Of a DNA stretch of 64,000 nucleotides, positions 51,311-60,916 are shown one piece after another; within the stretch, counting starts at the first letter, position 1, and the number at the start of each line of letters is the position of its first letter. Source of the DNA: Candidatus Methanoperedenaceae archaeon (lineage in GTDB: Archaea > Halobacteriota > Methanosarcinia > Methanosarcinales > Methanoperedenaceae); the NCBI GenBank assembly GCA_963753595.1, contig CAVWCX010000002.1, positions 68,060 through 132,059 of the forward strand, read 5' to 3'. The notes beneath the pieces are model-generated. The model was not told the origin of the DNA. It was given only the letters and a program-made list of their open reading frames with translations, and made no database searches. The position numbers and the translations under genes are program-made.

Positions 51311-51876
51311 TAGATATCGAAGAATTCGGGATACAGGAAGGGATATCTGAGATTATTTTGACGACCATTTCAAATCATGGGATCCCGAATGCAGCACCCA
51401 TTGGTTTGCACATGAAGAACGGAAAACTTTTTGCCAGTATTTACAGATCAAAGACACTGGATAACATAATTGAGAAACCTGAAGCATGCGCAAATATCGT
51501 TGATGACCCTGTTCTATTTGTGCGATCTGCACTTTCGGATATTGAATCCGATAAATTCGAATTAGTTGAAGGATTCCCTGTCATAAAAGGCGCCCTGGGC
51601 TGGATCCTATTTGATTGCAGGATCAGGAAGGGTGAAAATATTTCAGTCGTTGAGCTCCTGGCAGTCAAATCAAAAATTTCGCATCGAAATATCAAGCCCG
51701 TAAATCGCGGTTTTAATGCAATTATAGAGGCAACTGTCCATGCCACACGATATGTCGTGTTAAAAGAACAAAAATACCTTGATCACATCGATCATTACAA
51801 TACAATCGTCCAGAAATGCGGCGGCGCAGGCGAGAAGGAAGCTATGAAGCTGCTTTATGATCTGATCCGCTTATAA
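51307..51876 (+). CDS. DUF447 family protein (probable CTG start overlapping the citG stop)
   Basis: Upstream in-frame GI.EGISEIILTT, PNAAPIG, NRGFNAIIEATVHATR. Confidence 0.82.
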   Translation: MIDIEEFGIQEGISEIILTTISNHGIPNAAPIGLHMKNGKLFASIYRSKTLDNIIEKPEACANIVDDPVLFVRSALSDIESDKFELVEGFPVIKGALGWILFDCRIRKGENISVVELLAVKSKISHRNIKPVNRGFNAIIEATVHATRYVVLKEQKYLDHIDHYNTIVQKCGGAGEKEAMKLLYDLIRL

Positions 51877-51913
51877 GAAATTTTCAAGGTCAAAACAGCA
51901 GAAGGACTATTTT

Positions 51914-52900
51914 TTATTTGATTTTAATATGTTCCCTGGCAGCAGCCGTTGTCTCTCTTCCCTGTGGTGTTCTTTTGATAAATCCGATCTGGATAAGATA
52001 AGGCTCGTAAACTTCTTCAATTGTCCTGACTTCTTCTCCTGCTGATATTGCAATGGTCTTGGCTCCCACTGGCCCTCCTCCAAAATCTCTTGAAATGATA
52101 CCAAGGATCTTCCTGTCAAGTTCATCAAGTCCGAGCCTGTCGATCCCAAGCATCGTGAGCGCTTTATCCGCAACATCCTGCGTGATGTTGCCTTCTGCTC
52201 TCACAAGGGCATAATCCCATACGCGCCGAAGCAGCCTGTTAGCTATTCGTGGTGTTCCCCGGCTTCTTTTTGCGATCTCAATAGAACCATCCTTTGTTAT
52301 GGGGATCTTAAGGATGGAAGCGCTGCGGGAAACAACTTCTACGAGTGCATCCACGGAATACAGGTTAAGTCTTGAGATAAAGCCGAACCTGTCCCGGAAT
52401 GGTGAACCAAGCAGCCCCACTCTGGTCGTGGCGCCAATGAGAGTGAATCGGTCAAGAGTCAATTTTATGGAGCGTGCGCTTGGTCCTTCACCGATCATGA
52501 CATCGATCTGGTAATCCTCCATCGCAGGATACAGGATCTCTTCAATAACAGAATTCAGGCGGTGAATCTCATCAATAAAGAGCACATCACCTTTCTTAAG
52601 AGCGGTGAGGATCGCCGCAAGATCTCCCGGTTTTTCAAGAACAGGACCCGAAGTGCTTTTGATATTGGAGCCCAACTCATGTGCGATTATATGGGCAAGA
52701 GTTGTTTTTCCAAGACCGGGAGGACCTGAAAACAGGATATGGTCAAGGGGTTCGCCCCGTTTCTTTGATGCTTCTATGAAGATCTTCAAAGACTCCTTGA
52801 GCGCATGCTGCCCTATGAAATCATCAAGCCTGCCGGGGCGGATGGTGAGTTCTTCTTTATCATCTTTTTGTGAGATCGGGGTGATTATTCGCTCTTCCAT
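51914..52900 (-). CDS. ruvB: Holliday junction branch-migration ATPase RuvB
   Basis: [57 protein letters not shown]. Confidence 0.97.
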   Translation of the reverse strand: MEERIITPISQKDDKEELTIRPGRLDDFIGQHALKESLKIFIEASKKRGEPLDHILFSGPPGLGKTTLAHIIAHELGSNIKSTSGPVLEKPGDLAAILTALKKGDVLFIDEIHRLNSVIEEILYPAMEDYQIDVMIGEGPSARSIKLTLDRFTLIGATTRVGLLGSPFRDRFGFISRLNLYSVDALVEVVSRSASILKIPITKDGSIEIAKRSRGTPRIANRLLRRVWDYALVRAEGNITQDVADKALTMLGIDRLGLDELDRKILGIISRDFGGGPVGAKTIAISAGEEVRTIEEVYEPYLIQIGFIKRTPQGRETTAAAREHIKIK

Positions 52901-53020
52901 TTTTATTCCTGGTGTTGATTTAAATATGAGCACTGACTATTGGTTTTCCTGTTACATTCACGGCTTATGAAATCCAAACTCTTTGGACTGTCCGGCGCAG
53001 CACTAAAAGAAGCGACTGTC

Positions 53021-53090
53021 TGGACAGGATTAACAGGATTTACAGGATTTTTGGTTGAATTTATCCTGTCCATCCTGTTAATCCTGTCTA
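53021..53090. repeat. Inverted repeat built from 3 x 9-nt ACAGGAT units per arm
   Basis: TGGACAGGATTAACAGGATTTACAGGAT / ATCCTGTCCATCCTGTTAATCCTGTCTA, 25/28 complementary. Confidence 0.9.
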
Positions 53091-53288
53091 AATTCTCAGC
53101 ACCCGCCAGCGCCTTCACCTCAAGATAATAATTTGAAAATAGATTTTTATTGTCAATTGCAGTTATCGCCAGTTGAGTCATTCGACCACCATTTTTTTAA
53201 AGATGCCACAGAGGTAAATAAGCTCCATGTATTATAAAGATTGTTTCATGATTATTTTCGTTAAGGGACGGCTTGAAGGGGCAAGAGC

Positions 53289-53867
53289 TCATTTCTCCTT
53301 CAATTTCAAAAGCGCCGCCTTTATAATCGCCTCCACCTTCTGTTCGCTCCCTGAAACCGCCTCCACCGCCCTCTGTGCCTCCTGCCTCGCGAATCCAAGT
53401 GAAACAAGCGCAGACACAGCATCATAATTGACATTACTCATGGGAAGCGCAAATCCTTCCATTTTCTTTGTCATTTTATCCTTCAATTCCAGTATCAGGC
53501 GCCTGGCATTCTTGGCGCCCACCCCGGAGATGCGGGTCAGGACTTTTTCATCCTCATGGATAATTGCAGCCGCAAGCTCTTCAATTTTTATTTGTGAAAG
53601 GATGTTCATGGCGATCTGGGGCCCGACCCTTGTTACACTTATCAGGAGCTTGAACATCTCAAGTTCGCTTGGGTGTAAAAAACCATAGAGTATGTGTGCA
53701 TCTTCCCTGACATGAAGGTAAGTATAAAGTTTTACTTTTTCTTTCCTGCCTGTGAGTTCATTCAATATCGGTTTTGTCACATTTACCTGATATCCTATCC
53801 CTCCGACATCAATTACCACAAATCCTTCGCCGCTCTGGGCGATATCACCATAGACATGGGAAATCAT
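53289..53867 (-). CDS. ruvA: Holliday junction DNA-binding protein RuvA
   Basis: IDVGGIGY, HVREDA..LYGF, GVGAKNARRLILELKDK, ALVSLGF. Confidence 0.95.
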   Translation of the reverse strand: MISHVYGDIAQSGEGFVVIDVGGIGYQVNVTKPILNELTGRKEKVKLYTYLHVREDAHILYGFLHPSELEMFKLLISVTRVGPQIAMNILSQIKIEELAAAIIHEDEKVLTRISGVGAKNARRLILELKDKMTKKMEGFALPMSNVNYDAVSALVSLGFARQEAQRAVEAVSGSEQKVEAIIKAALLKLKEK

Positions 53868-53870
53868 ATA

Positions 53871-54341
53871 TTATCTCATTATATTTATATGACATAAAGC
53901 AATCGACAACCCATCAGCAGCATCATCCGGTTTTGGTATCTCATCAAGGCCAAGGAGCCTCTTTATCATCTCCTGCATCTGTTTCTTGTCAGCCCTTCCC
54001 GAACCCGTTATTGCCTGCTTCACCTGGTTCGGGGTGTATTCAAATATCGGGATATTGCGCTGCTGGGCTGCAAGGAATATTACACCTCTTGCCTCGCTTA
54101 CACTCAACCCATTGGTGACATTCTTACTGAAAAAGAGTTTTTCAACTGAGATAACTTCCGGGTTGTATTTTTCAAAAAGAGATGTAATTTCGTTAAATAT
54201 CTCCAGAAGACGCTCTGGTGTTTGTTTGTCGGCTGATGTCCTGATACAGCCGTAGCTTATGGGAGTAATGTTCCCGTTTTCTGTTCTTATCACTCCAAAG
54301 CCTACGGTTGCAAGACCGGGGTCGATTCCGATTACGATCAT
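53871..54341 (-). CDS. ruvC: Holliday junction resolvase RuvC
   Basis: IGIDPG, VEKLFF, EARGVI, EYTPNQVKQAITGSG.ADK.Q, DDAADGL. Confidence 0.96.
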   Translation of the reverse strand: MIVIGIDPGLATVGFGVIRTENGNITPISYGCIRTSADKQTPERLLEIFNEITSLFEKYNPEVISVEKLFFSKNVTNGLSVSEARGVIFLAAQQRNIPIFEYTPNQVKQAITGSGRADKKQMQEMIKRLLGLDEIPKPDDAADGLSIALCHINIMR

Positions 54342-54507
54342 GGTATTTAAAAAGTGTTTAACCTTTATGTGCTTTTGCCATGCCACATAAATATTTGTCC
54401 TTCGCTTCAAGTTGGTCCTTCCCATAGGTATTACAGCAGGATAACGAAAGCGCTGTGTTATTAGCATAGTTGTCATGGTTTAGAAAATAGTATTCATCCA
54501 GACGAAT

Positions 54508-54892
54508 AGAACGCGGATGACGCGGATTGCGCGGATTCACACGGATTTGAGGCTTCTGTATATGATATTTCCTTTCTATCATTCGAGAAGATTGCTCTTT
54601 TGAAATCTGGTTTTTTCCAAAATTGAACAAAAGCCCGACTTGCTTATTGGTAGCTTTGAGATAATTGATCAACTGAGCCTTATTTTCATCTCTTAAACCC
54701 TCAGGCGCTTTTATTTCAAGAATTACCAGGTCATTTTCATAAACTTTTTCCAGAAAGCCATAGCCCAGTACATTATAGACTTTGTAAAACGAATTTATTA
54801 TTTTTTATGTTATTTCTGAATACAACACAGTACCTCCTTTTTAGTGGAGAACGGATAATTCGATCCGCGAGCATCCGCGCAATCCGCGTTCC
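54508..54892 (-). mobile_element. Cassette: GxxExxY pseudogene enclosed by inverted arrays of CGCGGAT units
   Basis: Arms 54508-54547 (AGAACGCGGATGACGCGGATTGCGCGGATT...) and 54863-54892 (ATCCGCGAGCATCCGCGCAATCCGCGTTCC) are complementary; mobility is inferred. Confidence 0.6.
54560..54828 (-). pseudogene. GxxExxY (PD-(D/E)xK-like) protein pseudogene
   Basis: GGAGG RBS, GTG start, in-frame TAA at codon 8, LGYGFLEKVYEN joined directly to DLVILEIKA (internal deletion), QLINYLKAT..VGLLFNFG, then a frameshift. Confidence 0.85.
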
Positions 54893-54909
54893 ATTTCATT
54901 TGCACTTTG

Positions 54910-54940
54910 TTATACTCATATACAGGGCATTGTGAAAGTA
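54910..54940 (-). promoter_or_regulatory. Candidate regulatory box upstream of GxxExxY-ruvCAB
   Basis: Minus strand ACTTTC-acaa-TGCCCTGTATAT-gag-TATAA; near-copy at 24456-24490. Confidence 0.5.
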
Positions 54941-55271
54941 ATAAAATTTGAATTAATCATCGCTGCTTTTCCTGAATGCTGTATACACAATCCGAGTCTC
55001 CGCTTAGGTTCGCTAAAAATACACAAATTGTTTTTTTGATATATGCCATTCAATCTATTTCATAGGTAGAAACAAGTGTAAAAACAATTTATTGAGTGTT
55101 ATACATAAAATTAAAGCCAATAAATACAGTATGGATATTTGTATATTTAGTGAACGAAAGCTTTATCCGAGAATAGTTTCAACCTTTATGATGAGAGCGG
55201 GATAGTGTGAATATGAAATAATACGAAATCCCACTCTTGAAAAGATACTCTAAAATAAAGGTGGAAAGATC

Positions 55272-55712
55272 ATGCCAAAAATAGTAGTCGTATATCTAAG
55301 CACATCAGGTAACACAAAAGCCATGGCCGATGCGATCGTAGAAGGCGCTGTATCAAGAAATGTCGATGCGGTTGCCATGAACTTCCATGAGGCAAAATTG
55401 GAAGACGTAAAATCTGCTGACGCGATAGCGATCGGCTCATCAACATTTTATTACAAGATGCTGCCCCCTATGGAAAAGTTCATTGACAGCTTATCAAAGG
55501 CTAACCCCAAAGGAAAAATCGGAGCAGCCTTCGGGTCTTATGGCTGGAGCGGTGAAGCGCCCGGATTGATCGCCGAAAAATTGCGTGAAATTGGTGTCAA
55601 AGTCATCGATCCGGTGCTGCGTGTACAGTATAAACCAGAGGAAAAGGATCTTGAAGAATGCAAGCGCCTGGGAAAAGACCTTGCTGAGAAGGTAAAAAAA
55701 GCTAATAAATAG
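55272..55712 (+). CDS. Flavodoxin (FprA-type short chain)
   Basis: YLSTSGNTKAMA, GSST, AFGSYGWSGEA. Confidence 0.92.
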   Translation: MPKIVVVYLSTSGNTKAMADAIVEGAVSRNVDAVAMNFHEAKLEDVKSADAIAIGSSTFYYKMLPPMEKFIDSLSKANPKGKIGAAFGSYGWSGEAPGLIAEKLREIGVKVIDPVLRVQYKPEEKDLEECKRLGKDLAEKVKKANK

Positions 55713-55758
55713 ATTATACGATAAACATTAGTATCAAAAATTACCATATAAAGGACTA

Positions 55759-56262
55759 ATGTGGACTATTATCCAGGAAAAATTTAAAAATCATCCAGCC
55801 CAGGAAAAAGTGATCAGATTGCTTCTGGAAAGAGGTTTCCAGATAAATGCCCAGGGCAGGGTAGTTTCAGGCGGTATCGAAATACCTCACACCCAGATCG
55901 CAAATGAGATAGAAGTTGATAGAAGAGTGGTTGACGCCACATGTGAAACTATTTCAAAGAATGAGAAACTGATGCAGATATTCCGGAATGTCCGCACAAT
56001 ACCGTTCTTAAGGGATGTGGCGCCATTGCTGGGTCTTGGTGTTATAGTCATTGCACCTGACAATGCTGCCCGAAAAGGTCTCCTCGGTGCGGTCGCAACA
56101 GCCGTGTCAGAGCACGGGGTAACTATCAGGCAGGCTGTATCTGATGATCCATACATTACGGAAAATCCGCAGCTTACAATAATTACGGAAGGAAAAACAA
56201 GCGGTGAACTCGTGGATTCCCTCACAAGAATAAAGGGCGTAAAAAGTGTGACTGTATATTAG
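55759..56262 (+). CDS. ACT-domain regulator of amino acid metabolism
   Basis: IEIPHTQIA..I.VDRRVV; C-terminal ACT-like GVTIRQAVSDDP. Confidence 0.82.
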   Translation: MWTIIQEKFKNHPAQEKVIRLLLERGFQINAQGRVVSGGIEIPHTQIANEIEVDRRVVDATCETISKNEKLMQIFRNVRTIPFLRDVAPLLGLGVIVIAPDNAARKGLLGAVATAVSEHGVTIRQAVSDDPYITENPQLTIITEGKTSGELVDSLTRIKGVKSVTVY

Positions 56263-56436
56263 AATAAATAGTGAAGATAAAACAGCTTAATCCGAATGCT
56301 ATGCCTGCCATTGTATGTGTTTTGCCATTGATCTACAAGCTTTTGATAAAAAAACGGCAGGTTTAAATAAAATGCATTGAAAATTGATCGGTGTACAGAT
56401 GGCAGATACTGTTACATAAAAATGTGGTGGTAAAAC

Positions 56437-58596
56437 ATGAAAATAAAATCTTTTATCTCTTTATTGTTAATTGTAATAATAGTAACATCACCTGGATGCT
56501 TAGAATCTAAAAAATCACCTGTGCCCAATGAGACAAAAAATGCTACACCTGTGCCTATATTCACCACACCTGAACAAGAACTCTCTACCTCAAATGGAAC
56601 ACATTTAAAAATTAACGGAACATTCGAGACCTGGTCACGTGGTTATTATTCCAACAAGTCGTACAAGAATTCATATTTTAAAGTGATAACAAATTATGAA
56701 GGTTGGATTGCATTTCTCGATGAACAGGGCTATTCTATAGGGTCTAAAGGTGAAAGAACCATGAATTTGGAAGGTCAGTTGTTTCCTGGTTTAGATAAAA
56801 CTCCAAAGATAATAACATCTGATGATTTTAAAGAATATTTTATTATCGCAGCTATGATGGGGATGAGGAAAAATGCAGAAGGGCCTGAAATTGAGATAAA
56901 AAATATTAGCAGAGTAAATAATATAGTAGATGTTACAGTCAGCAGATATGATCCAGGAGTTGGATCCGCGATCATTAGCGCACCCTACCACATCGTTCTG
57001 GTCAAAAAGGAGCAGATACAAGAGAGTTCTACATTTGATTTCATAGATACTCAGGGCAGGCTCATGGAAAGGTCTGCAGGATATGATATCACATCTCTTG
57101 AAGCGGGAGAGACGGGAGAGGTTTTCAACGAATCCGGGGGAATTTTTACCAGGAAATGGGATGCAAGTAATTTTTTAGGTTTTTGGCGTGATTCGGAAAC
57201 AGGAGATTCTACCGAGACTCTTGCTATAAATCAGAGTATATTGAACAATAAGCACAGAGTAATAGAAAGACACAACTTGATATACACAACAAGATCTATT
57301 CCTATAAAATATCAGATTTACAGGCACACTGGCAAAGCACCTGAAGGAAAGGAGGGCTTCTATCAGGCAATAGGCTGGCTTGGGGAGAAATATGTATTTT
57401 TCCAGGGGAGCAGGATTGCAAAGGTAATATTTGAACAGAATGCAACAGAGGAAAAAGAATTGACCATTGGCGAGTCATGGGAATTGGGAGAAGGATACAG
57501 GTTAATCGCCAACTCAATTAGTGCAAGAGATCAGGCTGGCAGACAATCGTGGCTTACTCTCTTTAAGGATTCGAATACGCTCGTTGATATAATCATGGTG
57601 CAGTATGGAAAGGGTAACTTTTTCACTTATCAGATGAACGTGAGCGATGGTATTCCAAATTTTATGATTTATTGTTCAAGAGTAGAAAGTTTACCATATA
57701 AAGATGCAGCATATTTTAATAACACATGGCTAAGGTCTCAGGATATTACAGAGATAAGGGAAGGTCAGGTTTATGGCATCATGGAAATCATTTCCGTTAA
57801 TAACGGCATTATTGAGCTGAGAAATAAAGAACCGATCGATCTGGCTCCGGAAAATATTATCAATCTGATGGGTGACCTGAATATTCTTGTTGGAAGGTCA
57901 AGGACAGACCTGGAATTTTATCCTTTCTCTATCAAGAAGGGAGGAAAGTCCAGTGTTCACATTTCTTCCCCTTCATTAATCAAAATTATTTCAAGATCAC
58001 ATCCAATCCTGGAAAACAACATTGAAATAAATGAGCTCGAAGAAGATTATTATTTTGGTGACTTCAGTCAGGAATGTATTTTCCCCTGCGAGGGAAAAGA
58101 ACTCAATCTTTCTATCACCGGATATTATAAACGCAGCGGGATGAAGGCAAATATCCTGATAACCATGGACAATGCATTTGCTGAGAATGAAAGATTAAGG
58201 AATATAGAAATAAAACCGGTGAATGAAGAGAGAATTGTTTTTGAAACAATCACCTCAGGCAATTTAAGCGGTTATAAAAGTCCCGATGTCGTAATAATAA
58301 GAACCCTGTCGGATTGGAATAATGTCTGGCAGAAGCATGTGAGCTACCTGACCCAGAAGCCTCAACTGCCTGTAATTAATTCCACCAATGAAACGGTGGT
58401 CGCTGTCTTCTTTGGCGATTCTCCGGGTTTTGATGCAGACCTTATTGATGTGACAGGTGAAGAGCAGGACGTTTTCATCAATATACGGAAAATGTATTCA
58501 CAGAAGCTTTCACCAATTCAGCCATACATTATAGTCAAGTTTTCTAAAACGGAAGGAAATATTATACTAAGGACATTGAAATCGGAGTATAATTAA
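56437..58596 (+). CDS. Lipoprotein with Methanosarcinales S-layer domain flanked by PrcB-C-like domains
   Basis: Lipobox TSPGC; W.ASNF.GFW.D..TG.STE.L, IGWLGEKY, GESWELGEGY; AMMG...PYHIV motifs. Confidence 0.72.
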   Translation: MKIKSFISLLLIVIIVTSPGCLESKKSPVPNETKNATPVPIFTTPEQELSTSNGTHLKINGTFETWSRGYYSNKSYKNSYFKVITNYEGWIAFLDEQGYSIGSKGERTMNLEGQLFPGLDKTPKIITSDDFKEYFIIAAMMGMRKNAEGPEIEIKNISRVNNIVDVTVSRYDPGVGSAIISAPYHIVLVKKEQIQESSTFDFIDTQGRLMERSAGYDITSLEAGETGEVFNESGGIFTRKWDASNFLGFWRDSETGDSTETLAINQSILNNKHRVIERHNLIYTTRSIPIKYQIYRHTGKAPEGKEGFYQAIGWLGEKYVFFQGSRIAKVIFEQNATEEKELTIGESWELGEGYRLIANSISARDQAGRQSWLTLFKDSNTLVDIIMVQYGKGNFFTYQMNVSDGIPNFMIYCSRVESLPYKDAAYFNNTWLRSQDITEIREGQVYGIMEIISVNNGIIELRNKEPIDLAPENIINLMGDLNILVGRSRTDLEFYPFSIKKGGKSSVHISSPSLIKIISRSHPILENNIEINELEEDYYFGDFSQECIFPCEGKELNLSITGYYKRSGMKANILITMDNAFAENERLRNIEIKPVNEERIVFETITSGNLSGYKSPDVVIIRTLSDWNNVWQKHVSYLTQKPQLPVINSTNETVVAVFFGDSPGFDADLIDVTGEEQDVFINIRKMYSQKLSPIQPYIIVKFSKTEGNIILRTLKSEYN

Positions 58597-58608
58597 GGAT
58601 TGATAAAC

Positions 58609-59262
58609 ATGAAAATAAGATATTATATCTTTTTATTGTTAATTGTGATAATAGTGACATCACCGGGATGTTTAGAATATAAAAAATCACCTGTTCCCAA
58701 TGAGATAAAAAATGCTACACCTGTGCCTTCACCCAATATAACCGAACAGGAACCGCCTGTAAATAATGAGACAAAACTATTAAAGATCAACGATACATTC
58801 GAAACATGGTCAAGAGGTTATATATCTAACACTTCTGATGATAGACCAGATTTCAAAGTGATTACTAATTATAGCTATTGGAATGAGTTCCTGTATAATC
58901 AGGACCCATGGTATATAGGAAAAAAGTATGCGAAGCTGGAAGGTCAATTATTTCCAGGTTTAAATATAATTCCAAAGAACATGTCTACAGATGATTTTAA
59001 TAATTATTTTATTATGGCAGCTATGATGGGTAAGCAGTTCAAGACAGGTCCTGAGATTGAAATAAAAAATATCAGTATGTTAAATAACATAGTAAATGTC
59101 ACTGTTCGCCTTTATAAACCCACTTTTGGAGGAGCTGCTACCAGTTCTCCATACCATATTGTTATAGTTAAAAGGGAATTATTGTCCGAGGGTAATTCCA
59201 CGTTTGTTTTCGTAAGCACTGAAGGTAAGGAGCTGGAGAAATTAAATGTTGAGAACAAATAG
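58609..59262 (+). CDS. Lipoprotein paralogous to the N-terminal domain of the upstream gene (PrcB-C-like)
   Basis: Shared TSPGCLE.KKSPVPNE, FETWSRGY, LEGQLFPGL, AAMMG, PYHIV. Confidence 0.8.
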   Translation: MKIRYYIFLLLIVIIVTSPGCLEYKKSPVPNEIKNATPVPSPNITEQEPPVNNETKLLKINDTFETWSRGYISNTSDDRPDFKVITNYSYWNEFLYNQDPWYIGKKYAKLEGQLFPGLNIIPKNMSTDDFNNYFIMAAMMGKQFKTGPEIEIKNISMLNNIVNVTVRLYKPTFGGAATSSPYHIVIVKRELLSEGNSTFVFVSTEGKELEKLNVENK

Positions 59263-59334
59263 AAGTGAAATTTTGAACAATAGGATGGTGGATTGCAGAG
59301 ATTTGTGCCTGAAGGGCATAAATATTTTTTTGAT

Positions 59335-60225
59335 TTAAGCATCCTCAAGAAGCAAAAATCCATAAAACAACTTCGTCCCGATCTCATCAAATCCTTCCAG
59401 GTCATCCTGTTCTAATGTGACACCGTTTAGTGCTGCCAATGCCCCATCGGTTTTTGAGGTTTCATGAAGTACGATTGTATCCGCTGTAATTTTACCCAGG
59501 ATCCGGCTGTTTCGTCCTATCCTGACTTTTCCTTTTGTTGAAATAAGATTCCCATGGATAGTACAGCCCCTGCCTATGCTGATATCGCCCGAAGTGCGAA
59601 TACTTCCGAACAATGTATTCTGGTTTCCCATAGACATTGATCTTGAACGGAAATTCCCCAGCAGGCGGCAATGGCTTCCAACGATGGCGCGTGTATTTGC
59701 CCTTATTGTGTCAAGGTCGATTTTTGCCCTGTTCGGGATTGACAATAGTTTATTCTCCGGGGTATTATCCGAGAAAAGCTCATCTAATGCTTTTTCCACT
59801 TCTTCTTCACTGCCAAGTTGCAGCAGCGCCATCAAATAAAAGAAAATAAACATTACAACAGGAAGAGGCTGGCGTACTACCAGCCATCCTTTAACATCAT
59901 AGCCGCCATCGATCTTTACATTATTCCCGACATCAAGATTCCCTGCGGCAAAAAGTTTCCCTGTTATTTTAACAAATTCCCCAAGATATGCATCAGACTT
60001 TGTCCTGACTTCACCTTTGATCTCTGACCACATATCGATGCGGACATCATCCTGGGAAATGACATTCCCATTGATCTTGACATGCTCGCCGGCGACTATC
60101 AGGTTTGCGATCAGGCCGTAACCCAGTTCTGCGTAATTTCCTACAAGAACATCTCCCTGGACAACGATAGAGTGCTCTTCCATGACCGTATGATCGGGTA
60201 TTCTGAGTCCTTTTAGTTCAGCCAA
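59335..60225 (-). CDS. Beta-helix (bactofilin / acyltransferase-like) protein with central TM
   Basis: Repeated I.G.V hexapeptide-like units, PLPVVMFIFFYL. Confidence 0.7.
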   Translation of the reverse strand: MAELKGLRIPDHTVMEEHSIVVQGDVLVGNYAELGYGLIANLIVAGEHVKINGNVISQDDVRIDMWSEIKGEVRTKSDAYLGEFVKITGKLFAAGNLDVGNNVKIDGGYDVKGWLVVRQPLPVVMFIFFYLMALLQLGSEEEVEKALDELFSDNTPENKLLSIPNRAKIDLDTIRANTRAIVGSHCRLLGNFRSRSMSMGNQNTLFGSIRTSGDISIGRGCTIHGNLISTKGKVRIGRNSRILGKITADTIVLHETSKTDGALAALNGVTLEQDDLEGFDEIGTKLFYGFLLLEDA

Positions 60226-60299
60226 AAGCCTGCGCCTCTACTTCTGTATAGTTGCAGGGTATGATAAATATTAATATTAAATAGACCGATTTAACACTT

Positions 60300-60491
60300 A
60301 TGTGTGAACTAAAAGTAATCCTGAAAGGAAAAACGATCATGGAAGATGTGGTGCGAATCACACAGGAAAAGGACAATATCATACTCCAGAGCCTGCTTGG
60401 GGAGAGTAAGACCGTTCGTGGCAGGATCAAGGATGTCAATATAGCAAAACAGGAAGCTATAATAGAAGCTAATTCCATTGATGATATTTAA
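60300..60491 (+). CDS. CooT-family nickel-binding protein
   Basis: MCELKV...IMEDVV...LLGE.K. Confidence 0.82.
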   Translation: MCELKVILKGKTIMEDVVRITQEKDNIILQSLLGESKTVRGRIKDVNIAKQEAIIEANSIDDI

Positions 60492-60916
60492 TAATCCATT
60501 TTAAAATATGGGTGGTTAGCAATTCTGTTTAATAGAATAGAAGCATATGGAAAAATAAATCAAAAGATTGTCATTTAAGGAGAACATGGATACATTAAAG
60601 AATCTATTTGTTGAACAATAATTTCAGATATTGTAACTTGTTACAATAGTATAAAATAAGTTGCCAATGGTTTTAGGTAGGCGTTGGTAACCACAAAGAT
60701 ACACAGCCAACCTTATGGAAAAGCTTAAATATTTTTAAATTCAAAATACTTCTGTAATTCATGGAATTAAATGGTTGTTCGATGCAAAATATATTATGAA
60801 ATTGTAGCTAAAAAAATCGTGTATAAAATATATTGATATTAGTTCTCTCATAATGTTTTTGTATATTCAAGGTGGCACATCCATATGAAAATTTCCTTAG
60901 GACTTCAGGAGAAATT

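Noticed and set aside
54342-54476. N-terminal extension of RuvC
   Set aside because: RuvC homology starts at MIVIGIDPG (54341); the upstream codons look non-coding.
55193-55238. Hairpin in the flavodoxin leader as an FMN riboswitch
   Set aside because: A single stem without the conserved RFN sequence elements.
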